A program made the translations under genes and the position numbers. 64,000 nucleotides of DNA from Naegleria gruberi (Eukaryota). Shown here one piece after another: positions 22,021 through 32,975 of this stretch. Under the pieces are notes generated by a model. That model was not told where the DNA came from, searched no databases, and saw nothing but the letters and a program-made list of their open reading frames with translations. Each line of letters starts with the position of its first letter. Positions within the stretch are counted from its first letter, which is position 1. The DNA lies in NCBI GenBank assembly GCA_000004985.1, contig GG738930.1. One strand, written 5' to 3'.

Positions 22021-25000
22021 TTGAGTAGAACCACAACAAGTTTAAGGCTAGCGTGCTATAACGTAAATGGTTTATATAAGCACGCAAGCCATAAATCAGT
22101 TACTCCTGAATTGAAATCCATGTGTTTAACACATGGAATTCACTTTATGAGTTTAACTGAAACTCACTTAAATACCCCAGAACTAGAAATAGAAGTCAAA
22201 AACTCTGGATCAGGGTACCTATTATTTAACTCATTAATGAATACAAGAAAAGGTTGCAAAGGTACTGCAGCTATGCACTTTCTAAATAATTATAGAAAGC
22301 GCAATATTACAAATAATAATCTCGTACCTGGAACATTACAATGGACACGATTCGAAAGTCGTGGAATTCCAATTAACATCTTCACAATTTATCTTAGTGG
22401 AAGATAATGATTATGACAATGAGGAAGAAGCTCTTAATAGCTTTATTAATGCTGCCCTCACAATTAAAGATGAACATATTATTTTAAGTGGTGATATTAA
22501 TATTGATACAAGAAATCCCACTAGTAAAAGAGAAAAAGACTGGCTATGGATACTTAATCTACTCAGACTAACCGAATTACAAACATCCAATAATACTTGG
22601 ATAAGAAGAGTTCAATCTAATATTTTTGAATCGAAACCTGATCATGTCTTTGTGTCAAAAGACATAAGAATAGTTAAAGAAGTGCTCATGCCTCCATTAA
22701 CCACTAATGATCACATTCCTTTCTATATAGATCTCGAATTTAAATCTAACTTAACCTGGAGACCTTACTTTAGTAAGAGTAAGAGAAAGAAAATATATGA
22801 AGAAATTAATAAGTCTCCTATAGATAATTTCAAAGAGTTAAATCAAGCTATCTTGACTCAAATTAACAAATATGGCTCCAAAACTGATAGATTAGGTGTT
22901 GGTCGAATCTCAACAGCCTATAAAGAAGAAATTCAAGATTTGGAAGAAGAAATTCTTCACAAATTAAATAATGAAACTATTTCTCAATCAGAAATATCTG
23001 AATTACAAACATTACTGAAAGAAACTCATATTAAAAATGGAAAACATATTAAGGAAAAATTGATAGAAGAATTCAATGATAGAACTTCATCTAAAATGTA
23101 TCAATTTGATAGAATGGTTCATTCCAAAGAAATTAAATGGAAAGATATTAATTTCGAAGAAGAGGAAATTTTAGAATACTTTACAAATAAGTTTACCTCG
23201 ACTAATCAACTTCCAACATTCATTCCAAGTAGATCAACTATTAAAGAAGGACCAAATTGGACCAACTCGATCCATATAGAAGAATTGGAAAAAGCTTTAA
23301 AACGTATGAAATCAAATACCCCTGGTCCTGATCTAATTTCTCTGGATATTATTAAGCATCTCACAGAAAAAAATCAGAAAATTTTATTGAACGAATTTAA
23401 TAATTGCCTAAGAATAGGTGATATCTCTGAAGATTGGAAGCAAGGATGGGTGAAACTCATTCCTAAAAGAGATATCACTTCTCTCAGTGACATTCGTCCA
23501 ATCACTATTTTACCTACATTTTATAGAATTTTATTTAATATTATAGCCTTTCGACTTAGATCTTGGGCATCATCTCATATAAATATGAGACAACAAGCAT
23601 TTATTACAGACAGAAACACTTTAAATCATGGTGTCCTTCTATCATCATTAGCTATGAAAACTAAGAAAAGAACCTTCATTCTTGTTAACCTAGATATTGA
23701 AGGAGCTTATGATGCTGTAGAATTGTCAGTGATTAAAATGGCACTAGACCATTGTAAATTTCCTAACGAACTCACTCAATTTATTATTAATGCCTATAGC
23801 AACCATGAATTGAGCCTAGAAATTGATAATCATCTATCCACAAAATTTACAAAAACTCGAGGAATCCCACAAGGATGCCCATTGGCTCCTCTTATATACG
23901 ATTGTATCACACAATTAATTATTGATAAAGCAATAGATAAATGGAAAATACCAATCAAACCAAACAAACTATGTGCTAATGATATTGCACTCTGTTGCTT
24001 TGCAGATGATATGAATGTTGTCTGTGACAGATATGCCAAATACAATGACAGGCTAGATAACATACATGACTGGCTAGGTCAACTACTTTTTAAACTAAAT
24101 GCAAAGAAATCAGTTGCAACTCTACTACCTAAAACAAGCAAAGTATCTCCCAAAATTAAGGGTACACCTATTCCTAAACAAAAAAACCTTAGGATACTTG
24201 GACATTATCCATGGGATGATATTCTGGTTCGACAAGATATCCAAAACAAAATTGAAAAATTTACCAAATCTTTGAAATTTCTCCCATTATTCAAAATTGA
24301 ACCAGATAACCTTAAACAAATTATTCACGCTAAAGCTATTAGCTTATTTACACACCTTTCTAAAATTAACTTAATTCCTCTGAAAAAGGCACAACAAATT
24401 GATATAGCCATTAGAGGAGCAATTAGAAGAAAACTATATATGGACAGGAAAACACCAACCAGCTTATTCCACTTACCATTAGAAAAAGGTGGATTAGGAC
24501 TACCATCTATTGTAGAATTTTCTGAAAGAATGAACCTAAGAACCATGACCTTAATTGCTAACAGTAACAATTTACTCGTCAAGAAAGCTTTCAAACATGG
24601 TATCAAGCACTGTGAGGAAACGAAAGACAATATTTATTCGAAATGGCTACTAGTACTAAAAGAATACAACCTCACACTTAAGAAAAATGAAATGAAATTC
24701 AAGTTGAAAAAAATCAAAACAGGAAATAATTTTGATATTCACACTGACGGATCAAGACTCGAATCAAAGACTGGAATGGGGATTAATATCTATGATTGCT
24801 CCAATATGAACACTCCAGTTAGATCTTTATCCCTCCATATTAATGATCAATATTCAAATAATGTAGCTGAAATATGCTCTATTATTACAGCAGCTAAAGT
24901 TATCCCAAGAGACTCCAAGATTAAAATCCATACTGATAGTAATGTGGCAATTGAAGTTCTCAAAGAACGATATAAGGGAAACTTTCTACCACTAAAAAAA

Positions 25001-25705
25001 GCCTTCTTTAAAACCATTAAGGATAGAAAACTTGAATATGAATTCAAGAAAGTTGAAGCTCATAAGGATAAGGAAAATATCAAAGTTGATTTATTGGCAA
25101 AGAATGCAACTCTGAAACCTAAAATCTTTGATATCCGTAAACTACTCTTTAATCAATATATCCTCACAAAGAACGATATTATAATCTTTGACTATAAGAG
25201 GTTAACTACCTCACAACATTTAAGGCTAATGCTTGACAAGATAGAGAGTCACCCCAATCACATACCTAACCTAGATTGGAACTCTATCAACGTCAGCTAC
25301 CTTAAATCCCATTTGTCTCCTAAATCTAAATATTATATTTGGAGAAACTCTTCAAATGCCCACATCAATTTTGGTGAGGGTAAAAGTTTCTGTCATGATT
25401 GTAACACAGAATCTGACCTTAATCACTATATTCATGAATGCCCTGCTCTGGATAGTGCCAGATACTTTTGCTTGTCAAAAATATCTGATATTCTTGATCA
25501 GAGAGAGTGTAAACTCACTCATATTCAATTCAGACCAGAAAAGCATCACCATGTACTCTTCTTCCACCATTCTGGAACCACATTCTTCGAAGATGGATAC
25601 GTACAACAATACCCAGACATTGCAGAGAAATGGCCTGAGATCCAGGGAGCCATTTCTAACTTTGTCGGCCGCTCCTATAGATATTATTATATTGACTCAA
25701 TGTAA
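22021..25705 (+). CDS. LINE ORF2 polyprotein (APE endonuclease-RT-RNaseH), interrupted by a +1 frame change near 22361-22407
   Basis: The APE domain begins in frame 1 (22021-22407) and continues in frame 2 (22361 onward, SGDINIDTRNP). The frame-1 ORF begins at TTG, not ATG. An (AAT)n-rich frame-2 ORF at 21674-22024 overlaps the ORF1/ORF2 junction. Confidence 0.65.
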
Positions 25706-25756
25706 ATTTACAAATTCAAAGAGAATCTGAATAGATTCGTTATTATTGCAATAAAA

Positions 25757-26456
25757 GATTTTTTTGTTTTGATCGTCCCTCAAAAAAATACCTCAACGTC
25801 TAGTACGTTTGTGCGGTTTTCTAGATTGACCAAGATGCAAGTAGCACAGCGCTAAACTATCGCCGTAACTTTCGGCATCGAGGTTTAGATGGATTCAAAC
25901 TATGTATTGTTTATTCTTGTCTGTAGAATAACATATAGCTATCTTCTGTCAAAGATTTAAAGCAGGTTTCTTTAGTTTAGCACGGGCAAAACAATGTAAA
26001 GATACCGAGGCGTGGAGAGTAATGATTTAATTATGAACAGAAAGGAAATTTTATAAGAATATAATCAAAGAGAATAGATATTGTAGAACGTTACGTAAGA
26101 ATTTTATTGCAGCGTAAGAGATGGTATTGGATCACCTTCTCGATATCCTTGACAGATATTTCAGATGCTTCCCCATTTAATTTTCTATTATTTCGCGATG
26201 TTTACTTTCCCTATGGTTTCCATTAGTCACGGTCTAACTCTTGATTAGTTTCCAACTATGCAACTTAAAGGCTAGGCGATAACTCCACTCCTAAAAGTCC
26301 CCGTCCAATGACGAAGCTGTGAATGAACTTTGTTCCTACGATACACACTCCAAAAGTACACCATCACAAGAGTGTTTGGTCGAGAATCTGAATAGATTCG
26401 AAAAATTGTAGTGTATAATAATCGGTATTATAAATTTTTTTGTTTTGATTGGTTTT
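25757..26456 (+). mobile_element. ~0.7-kb derivative of the same LINE: shared 5' head and 3' tail flanking an unrelated, GC-richer non-coding interior (non-autonomous or internally replaced copy)
   Basis: 5' ATTTTTTTGTTTTGATCG...AAAAAAATACCTCAAC matches 20304-20340. 3' GAGAATCTGAATAGATTCG ... ATTTTTTTGTTTTGA at 26380-26456 matches 25718-25773. The interior 25800-26378 has no long ORF. Confidence 0.55.
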
Positions 26457-26457
26457 T

Positions 26458-26567
26458 ACAAACAGCCCATGCATTAAATTTGTGATATTGTGAAATGATT
26501 TTGATTGAGTGGTTTCGATGAACTTTTTGCTTCTTCCAAATGAGGGTTGTTTAATGCATGGCTGTTT
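26458..26567. repeat. ~20-bp inverted repeat (ACAAACAGCCCATGCATTAAA / TTTAATGCATGGCTGTTTGT) with ~65-nt spacer
   Basis: Seen directly; only a one-base difference between the arms. It sits immediately 3' of the LINE-derived tail and ~160 nt upstream of tRNA-Leu. Confidence 0.6.
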
Positions 26568-26726
26568 GTAAGCAAATAAAACGATGCAACAAAGTTTCCA
26601 ATTTAGCATTTGACCTCTAGAAAATATTTAGAATTCTAGTAGTAAAAATTAATGCATAAAATAATTGATGACATAGGTATCTGCCTACTTCGTTAATGTT
26701 TTACATTTTTTTTCCAATATCGTGAA

Positions 26727-26807
26727 GCAGGGGTTCCCGAGTGGTCAAAGGGGGTAGACTCAAGTTCTACTGCGCAAGCTTCGTGGGTTCAAATCCCACC
26801 TTCTGCA
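26727..26807 (+). tRNA. tRNA-Leu (anticodon CAA)
   Basis: Cloverleaf read by hand. Acceptor stem GCAGGGG/CTTCTGC with two G-U pairs. Anticodon stem GTAGA/TCTAC with loop CTCAAGT. Long variable arm typical of Leu. T arm GTGGG-TTCAAAT-CCCAC. Confidence 0.8.
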
Positions 26808-26999
26808 AATTTTGTTTTATTTTTCTTCATCTTCGAGATTGGAGCTTTTCTTTACCAATGAATATGTTCCAGTAATTCCTTGTATCTATGGTTGAAAGAT
26901 GATATTTTACAAATAAGAGATTATTTAGAAAATCAACAAAGATTACAAGCACCTCAAATTTTCTTGCTAAAAATGCTATTAATTTTGTTAGCTCAATAT

Positions 27000-28279
27000 T
27001 TACTTTTTCTTTCCGCCACTCGACACATTGAATTTAAAGTGCAAAATATCACCATCCTCTACCTCGTAGGTCTTTCCCTTCTCCTTGAGCTTTCCATTAT
27101 TTTTACATTCCGATTCACTACCATATTGCTTGTAATCTTCAAAACTCATAACTTCAACACAAATAAATCCCTTTTCAAAATCACTGTGAATTTGACCAGC
27201 AGCAGCTGGGGCCTTCATTCCTCTCTTGATGGTCCATGTACGCACATGTTGACCACATGTGAAATAATTGATGAGATTAAGCATGGCATATCCAATCTTG
27301 ATAATATCTGCCATCTTGGAGTTGATTCCCTTCTTGATTAATTCTTGTCTCTTTTCTTCATCAGTCTCTTGCCATTTCTTTTCAAAGGCAGCACTGTATG
27401 GAATGACAGGTTCAGCAATTGCACTCTTAGAAGTGACATATTCTCTAATCTTAATGACATGCTCATTCTTTTCTGGATCCACAACATCTTTTGGTGTCAT
27501 ATTCACAAGATAAATCATTGGTTTAGAGGTCAACAATTGGTGAGGATTGAGTAATTCAATATCCTTACTAGCCCAATCACCAAATCTCACTTCCTTTCCT
27601 TCCTTCAACATTTCCAATGCCTTTTCGACAGCAACGAGTTCAGAAGCCTTCTCCTTCTTTTGCTTTCCCATCTTTTCGAGTGGTCCCTTAACATTTTCCA
27701 AATAGGAAATATCCTTCTTGATCAATTCCTGTTCAATGGTTTTAATATCTCTCACTGGATCAATACTACCCTCAACGTGAGTAATATTCTTCGATTCGAA
27801 TGTTCTTACCATATGGAAAATGGCATCAACAGCTCTAATATGAGAAAGGAATGCATTTCCCAATCCTTCACCTAATAATTATTTCCAATCCAATTCATGA
27901 ATTATTTGAATTTAAAAATCCACATTTTCACACACACAAAATATTCACAAAAACACTTCTCACACTCCTAAAACAAACCTTCTGAAGCATTCTTGACCAA
28001 TCCAGCAATATCAGTCACATTCAAAATAGCTGGGGCATTATCTGTTGCTCCCAAATGTTTCACCAACCAATCATATCTCTCATCTGGCACTGCAACATGA
28101 CTCGTGCTCGGATCAATGGTACAGAATGGAAAATTCTCAGCTGGCACTGAAGAATTGGTGAGAATGTTAAAGAAGGTTGATTTACCAACGTTTGGCAAAC
28201 CAACGATGCCAATATTCAAGTTGGTTCCCACTCTGCCAAAGGCAATATTCTTATTTTCTGTTGTTGTTGAAGAAGACAT
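27000..28279 (-). CDS. OLA1: Obg-like ATPase 1 (OLA1/YchF family GTP-binding protein); join(27000..27872,27979..28279)
   Basis: N-terminal exon has the P-loop [13 protein letters not shown] 106-nt intron (GTTTGT...ATTATTAG on the minus strand) joins the exons in phase to give [34 protein letters not shown], matching the OLA1 consensus [17 protein letters not shown]-terminal TGS domain. Confidence 0.85.
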
Positions 28280-28480
28280 TTTTTTTGAGCTGATTGGAGA
28301 GTTATCATGATTCTTGTTGAAGTTGTGGCGTTGGCGAAAATATTACCAAATGGAGAAAGGAGTCGTTCAGTGCACTGATTTATTTGGCACGATTATTATA
28401 ACTATCAGTTCTCTAAAAAAATTAAGAGTTTTGTAATAAATCTTTAAATTACTTTGGAAAATAAAAAGAAAACAAAAAGA

Positions 28481-28554
28481 TGCCTCCCTTGGGAATCGAA
28501 CCCAAGACCTCTGTCTTACTAGGACAGCGCTACTGCCAACTGAGCTAGGAAGGC
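28481..28554 (-). tRNA. tRNA-Thr (anticodon AGT)
   Basis: Reverse complement gives acceptor GCCTTCC/GGGAGGC, D arm GCTC..., anticodon stem CTGTC/GACAG with loop CTAGTAA (anticodon AGT), and T arm TTGGG-TTCGATT-CCCAA. Confidence 0.8.
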
Positions 28555-28613
28555 GCACATTTCATTAAAATCCTTAATAAAATTGTTTTTCATATATGCA
28601 GCTTTCTTTTTTA

Positions 28614-29933
28614 TTACACAATAATCAAAATGAGTAGTAAAGCAAGAATGATCCAATTTCCAATTAGCTTCTCTGCTGATGAAACCTTTGTGCTATTTGC
28701 TGGTTGAATAATTGGTTGACTTACGGTTGGTGTTACCATTGGCGTCACAAAAGTTACATAGACCAATCCTTCAGTTTCCTTCACTGTGAATGTATTATCT
28801 TTTGAAACAGTTACATTTCTTCCAAAAATATCTACTACTGAACTGGCACTATTTGCCTTAATATTAACTGAAGCTCCAGTTTCAGTTGGCAACAGGACAA
28901 TAACTGAATCATTTGAACTCTTAAATCTCATAGCAGTTACAGAAGGGTGTTCAATTTGAATATATCCATCAAATAATCTATTTCTTACGATTGAACTCAA
29001 TTGCTTGACGGCTTTCATGGCTGGCTTGTCAGTATAATTATTGAAAAGCAAACCGAAATTGTGTTCTCTATTTGTTGGGTCAACTCCATCATTTCTCAAA
29101 TCGTAATAAATGTAAATTGGGAAACCAACTGCGCATGAGGAGAGTAATCTTCCTACTACATTATTAGCATGAAGTCTCAATGCTGCTTCGTCCAATCCAT
29201 TCGAGTTTGAGTCGAAATCAGTTGCTGTGAGACCCCATTCAGTATCCCAAACAGGTGGCACCGTAGAAATCAAAGATTTTTGAGCACTTGTCAATGTAGA
29301 TGCCTTTCCTTGAAGAGTGGCATTGATGTTATCATTAATAATTGATCTGAACTTTCTAGTCAAATCTGGGAATCTTCCGAATGGTGATTTAGGACTACCA
29401 ACTCCATAAGGATGCAATCCTATTCCAGAAAACAATTGAGAACCATTCTTTGAGGCAGCACCACCTTCAGATGTGAAACCTCTCACAAAAGTATACGAAA
29501 AACCAGCGACACCAGTTGTAGAAACTTGAGCATTTGGGTTTCCCTCTCGAATGGCAGCAACTGCAGCTTTTGATAATGCAGCATAAGTAACTGGAGTGAA
29601 TCCCTGAAGATCTGCCTCATTATAAACCTCGAAAATAACATTCTCATTAGCGTAATGCTTAGCAGCTGCTCTACTATAATTAGCAAAAGCTTCGATGGCG
29701 ATATCGGTAGTTGGTGGAGTAGAGGCACTTCCAGTGTAGAGAGTATTGGAATAGGTTAGAATGAACAATGCTTTCAATCCTCTCAATTTCAATGCAGTCA
29801 ACAATGTGTCATAAGAAGCAAAGTTGTAAACTTGTTTGGTTGTTTCAACTGATGACCAGAACAAATCCATTCTAATCCATGAGAAACCACCTGCTTGACA
29901 GCATCTAATCCCTTATCATCACTCGAAAGAATA
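28614..29933 (-). CDS. putative glycoside hydrolase (TIM-barrel, GH5/GH39-like) with C-terminal hydrophobic anchor; N-terminus lost in an assembly gap
   Basis: The 418-aa ORF plus the upstream frame run into the N run at 29934. The C-terminus LIGNWIILALLLILIIV is a TM or GPI-anchor signal. The family assignment is weak and based on motif similarity only. Confidence 0.4.
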
Positions 29934-29983
29934 NNNNNNNNNNNNNNNNNNNNNNNNNNNNNNNNNNNNNNNNNNNNNNNNNN
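29934..29983. other. assembly gap (50 N placeholder)
   Basis: It separates the truncated hydrolase gene from the truncated cyclase paralogue; both are incomplete at this junction. Confidence 0.95.
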
Positions 29984-31976
29984 CTTCTGGTGTTGACAAT
30001 GATTTGTAATCTCTAATATAAGCAATGTATGAAGATTTACCATCTTTTAGAATGTGGGATACTCTGATTTCTACCGAGATGATCTTGCCTGACTTGGTTT
30101 CTCCCTTCACTTTCTTTACCATATTGAGAGTATTCTTATCTTTGGTTTTACATTTTTCCAAATAGCTGTCATGTTTGAGTCTATCCTTCTTATTACAAAT
30201 AATTTTGACATTTCTTCCAACAACTTCTTTAGCTTCGAAACCAAAAGTGGATGAGGCAGCCTTGTTAAAAACTTGAATAATTCCCTTGTCATTGATTGTA
30301 ATAACTGGAATAGTAATCATTTCTGTTACTGCTTGATTCAGTGAGTTGGTCATTTGTGAATATTTGCCATTTTCTGCTTGTTGAGCAAACCTCATGTATA
30401 TACAAAAGTGAGTTTCTTGTAATTTTGATATTGGGATAATCTTGGCGGATACTGAAAAGAATTGCTTGATTGTTGTTGCTTTGGCTCTCAAAGTTCTTAA
30501 CTGTGAAAGGGCCCTTCTTCTCTCCAGTTTTTCTTCCTCACTGATTTGATTGTAAGGTCGAATATCATCGAGATAGTTCTGGTCTGAACCAATTTTATCT
30601 GCCTTCAGAGTGCTATTCTCAGTTGGACCCAAGAATTCATAAATTGCCTGATGTAGTTCAACAGAAGCATCATCCAAAAACAATTCACTCACATGTTCCC
30701 CAAGAGCACTGAATGAAAAGACTCCAAATAAATCCTCGGCTTCCTTATTCAAATATTCTATTGAGCCAAGTTTGTCAAAAACAAGAACTGGAAATCCACA
30801 AGTCATGAATTGAGACACCAAATGATTCAACTGTACAAATTCTACCTGATGTGTAAATCCAACTTCTTCATTAATTTCTCTATCACTCAGTAGGGCAGTT
30901 TCTGTCGACCTCACAGACATAACAGAAACTTCGCTCACTGTATCAGGAAAATCATCAAATCCTTCATTCTTCGTTTTCATTTTGGAAAGGAATCTCTGAT
31001 TAATTGACTGTTTGTAGCCTTGATCGTTTCTTGACATTCCTCTTTCGAGTGGAGGTCTTGCTCTGGGCACAGATTGTGATCCCTCCCTCATCATTAAACT
31101 GTTTTCTCTCTGTAGTGGCCCTCTCTTTGTTGGAACATCAGACAAGGGTTTATCAGATAGCTCATATTCATTATTCTTCCTAGTAATAAAACTACTATTC
31201 TCTCTTTGTAACATTCCTCTCCTAGGAGCAGATGGTGCTGTTGTCATTGTAGAATTACCTCTCAATAGAGGAGGTGGTCTCGATAGTGTGCCATCGTTAT
31301 TCGTCAGCAGAGAAGAACCTTCCCTCCTTAACATTCCTCTTGGTTTTTGGGAGATAGTAGAATTTTCTCTTGTCAGTTTTGGAGCTACTCTCAACGATGA
31401 AGAAACTCCAACTTTAAGCATTGCAGAGGTATCCAAACCTTCAAATATGTTCCTAGAACTTGCTGTATTTTTCGACGATACCTCATACATGGATTGTTTT
31501 TTAGACATGAACTCATTAAGTGCTTTTTGATCTTCGTCTTCCTTCTCCTTTCTAGCAGAGGCAGGTGTTTCTGTTATTGTAAATGGAGCAAGAAAGTCTG
31601 AACCACCTACTCCATCATTATTTGGAATCCGTGTTGGTACTTTAGGTTTTACTGGACTAAACCCTACCAATACATTTCTCGAACTTTGAGTATTGAAAGC
31701 TCCAGGAGACGGTTTTGACTTTTTTGCTTGGAGAAACTCTTGGAGAGCCTTCTCATCCTCATCTTCATCATCCTTATTGTTTTGTTTTGTTGGGGAGGTT
31801 AGAGGTTTTTTAGGAGAAGTACTTTTAGAAAGAGCAGAAGCATCAAACGAAGCAAATATATTCCTCGAACTCTGATGATTAAAATTGGAAGAGGGTGAAT
31901 GAAGGTTTGCTGTCTTCTTCTTGGCTAGAAATTCCTGTAGAGCCTTATCGTCATCATCGTCATCATAATTTGTCAT
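29984..31976 (-). CDS. PAS-domain cyclase paralogue 2 (N-terminal regulatory region and PAS domains only; catalytic domain missing in the gap)
   Basis: ATG at 31976 (MTNYDDDDDDKALQEF...). It is collinear with paralogue 1 through ...YIRDYKSLSTPE, where the N run begins. The nucleotide sequence at 29984-30060 matches 15889-15965. Confidence 0.8.
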
Positions 31977-32434
31977 GTTGTTGTTATTATGAATAATTGA
32001 AACTCTATTCTTTGATTATACAATTAATAGTAATTAAATTATAACAGCTGTTATCCTCCTAGTAGAACAAATTAATGTCTTTTTTACGTTTCATAATCAC
32101 TATAGTACAGATGATATATGATGATGAGTGAGAGTTGTAAATTATAATGTACAACTGAGAGAAAGAAGACAACAATTTGATGAGCGATGATGTTGTGTGT
32201 TCATCTCTGCTTTAAAGAGGAAGGTACCGAAAGAAGTTTGTTGGAGGTAACCTCTCAAATGCAATCACATGTGATGGTATATCTCAAGGAATAGCTTGGT
32301 ATTTTGTTGTTGCTTTTTTTCATTGTTACCGTTACGAATTAATTTAATTCTTTATTTTTTTAAATTGTTGAAATAAAATGGCGCTATTTGCTTCTTTGTA
32401 TTATTCTGATGATTTTGCTGAGCAGCAACAAAGA

Positions 32435-32821
32435 TTATTGTTGGCCACCTTCTTCGTCTAATGATTGTTTTGCTTCGTGTTCCTCTTCTTCTGCTTGTAG
32501 TCTTGATGGTTCCTCCAAACCCATCGAACAAACCGTTGTTACTATTAACGAAAGATCTTGTCCACTTTTTTCGTATTCATCAAGAGTATTGATAAACTCA
32601 GCCAGCACTCGAGCATTCTTGATTTGAAAACCAATTTCCTCCCCGAGATCATTCAATACGGTGAGAGAGCCATCATTCCTATCCAAATTTACAAACACAT
32701 AATTCTTCTCTGTAATAACTGGAACATCCACATCGCTTGCTGTTGCTACTACAATATGATGCTTTTCTCCAGTGTAAATATCGTGAGCAACGATGAATGT
32801 TTTGGTTTTACTCTTTGACAT
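32435..32821 (-). CDS. hypothetical small acidic protein (128 aa)
   Basis: ORF with ATG at 32821. Non-repetitive composition and an acidic C-terminal tail. No domain recognised. Confidence 0.35.
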   Translation of the reverse strand: MSKSKTKTFIVAHDIYTGEKHHIVVATASDVDVPVITEKNYVFVNLDRNDGSLTVLNDLGEEIGFQIKNARVLAEFINTLDEYEKSGQDLSLIVTTVCSMGLEEPSRLQAEEEEHEAKQSLDEEGGQQ

Positions 32822-32975
32822 GATGATTGATAATGACGATTTTGTGATTGTTTTTTACTGTGGATCGAAACAGTTGATATTAATAGAAAAGCAATGTTCA
32901 TTTCGAATTATTCCATACCTAGAAAGCAGGTTTACAAAATTAGAATTGGTTTTGATTCAAAATTTTCACATGATT

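Larger units (their letters stand above)
20304..25773 (+). mobile_element. full-length non-LTR (LINE) retrotransposon, ~5.5 kb: ORF1 plus ORF2 (APE endonuclease, reverse transcriptase, RNase H, C-terminal Cys/His finger)
   Basis: ORF1 at 20323-21738 has a coiled-coil N-terminus. ORF2 has an exo-endo-phosphatase domain (LRLACYNVNGL ... SGDINID), RT motifs including FADDMNVVC, an RNase H-like segment (IHTDGS ... AE ... AHKD) and CHDC...HECP. Terminal motifs are shared with a neighbouring partial copy. Confidence 0.8.

Noticed and set aside
21674-22024. 116-aa Asn-rich ORF between LINE ORF1 and ORF2
   Set aside because: It is a translation of the (AAT)n microsatellite and A/T-rich linker in an alternative frame, an ORF-finder artefact and not a separate gene. 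It is noted only as part of the ORF1/ORF2 junction.
26880-27341. 153-aa plus-strand ORF, and further ORFs at 27268-27554, 27660-27875 and 28104-28310
   Set aside because: They are antisense to the well-supported OLA1 gene, hydrophobic and low-complexity, with no independent support.
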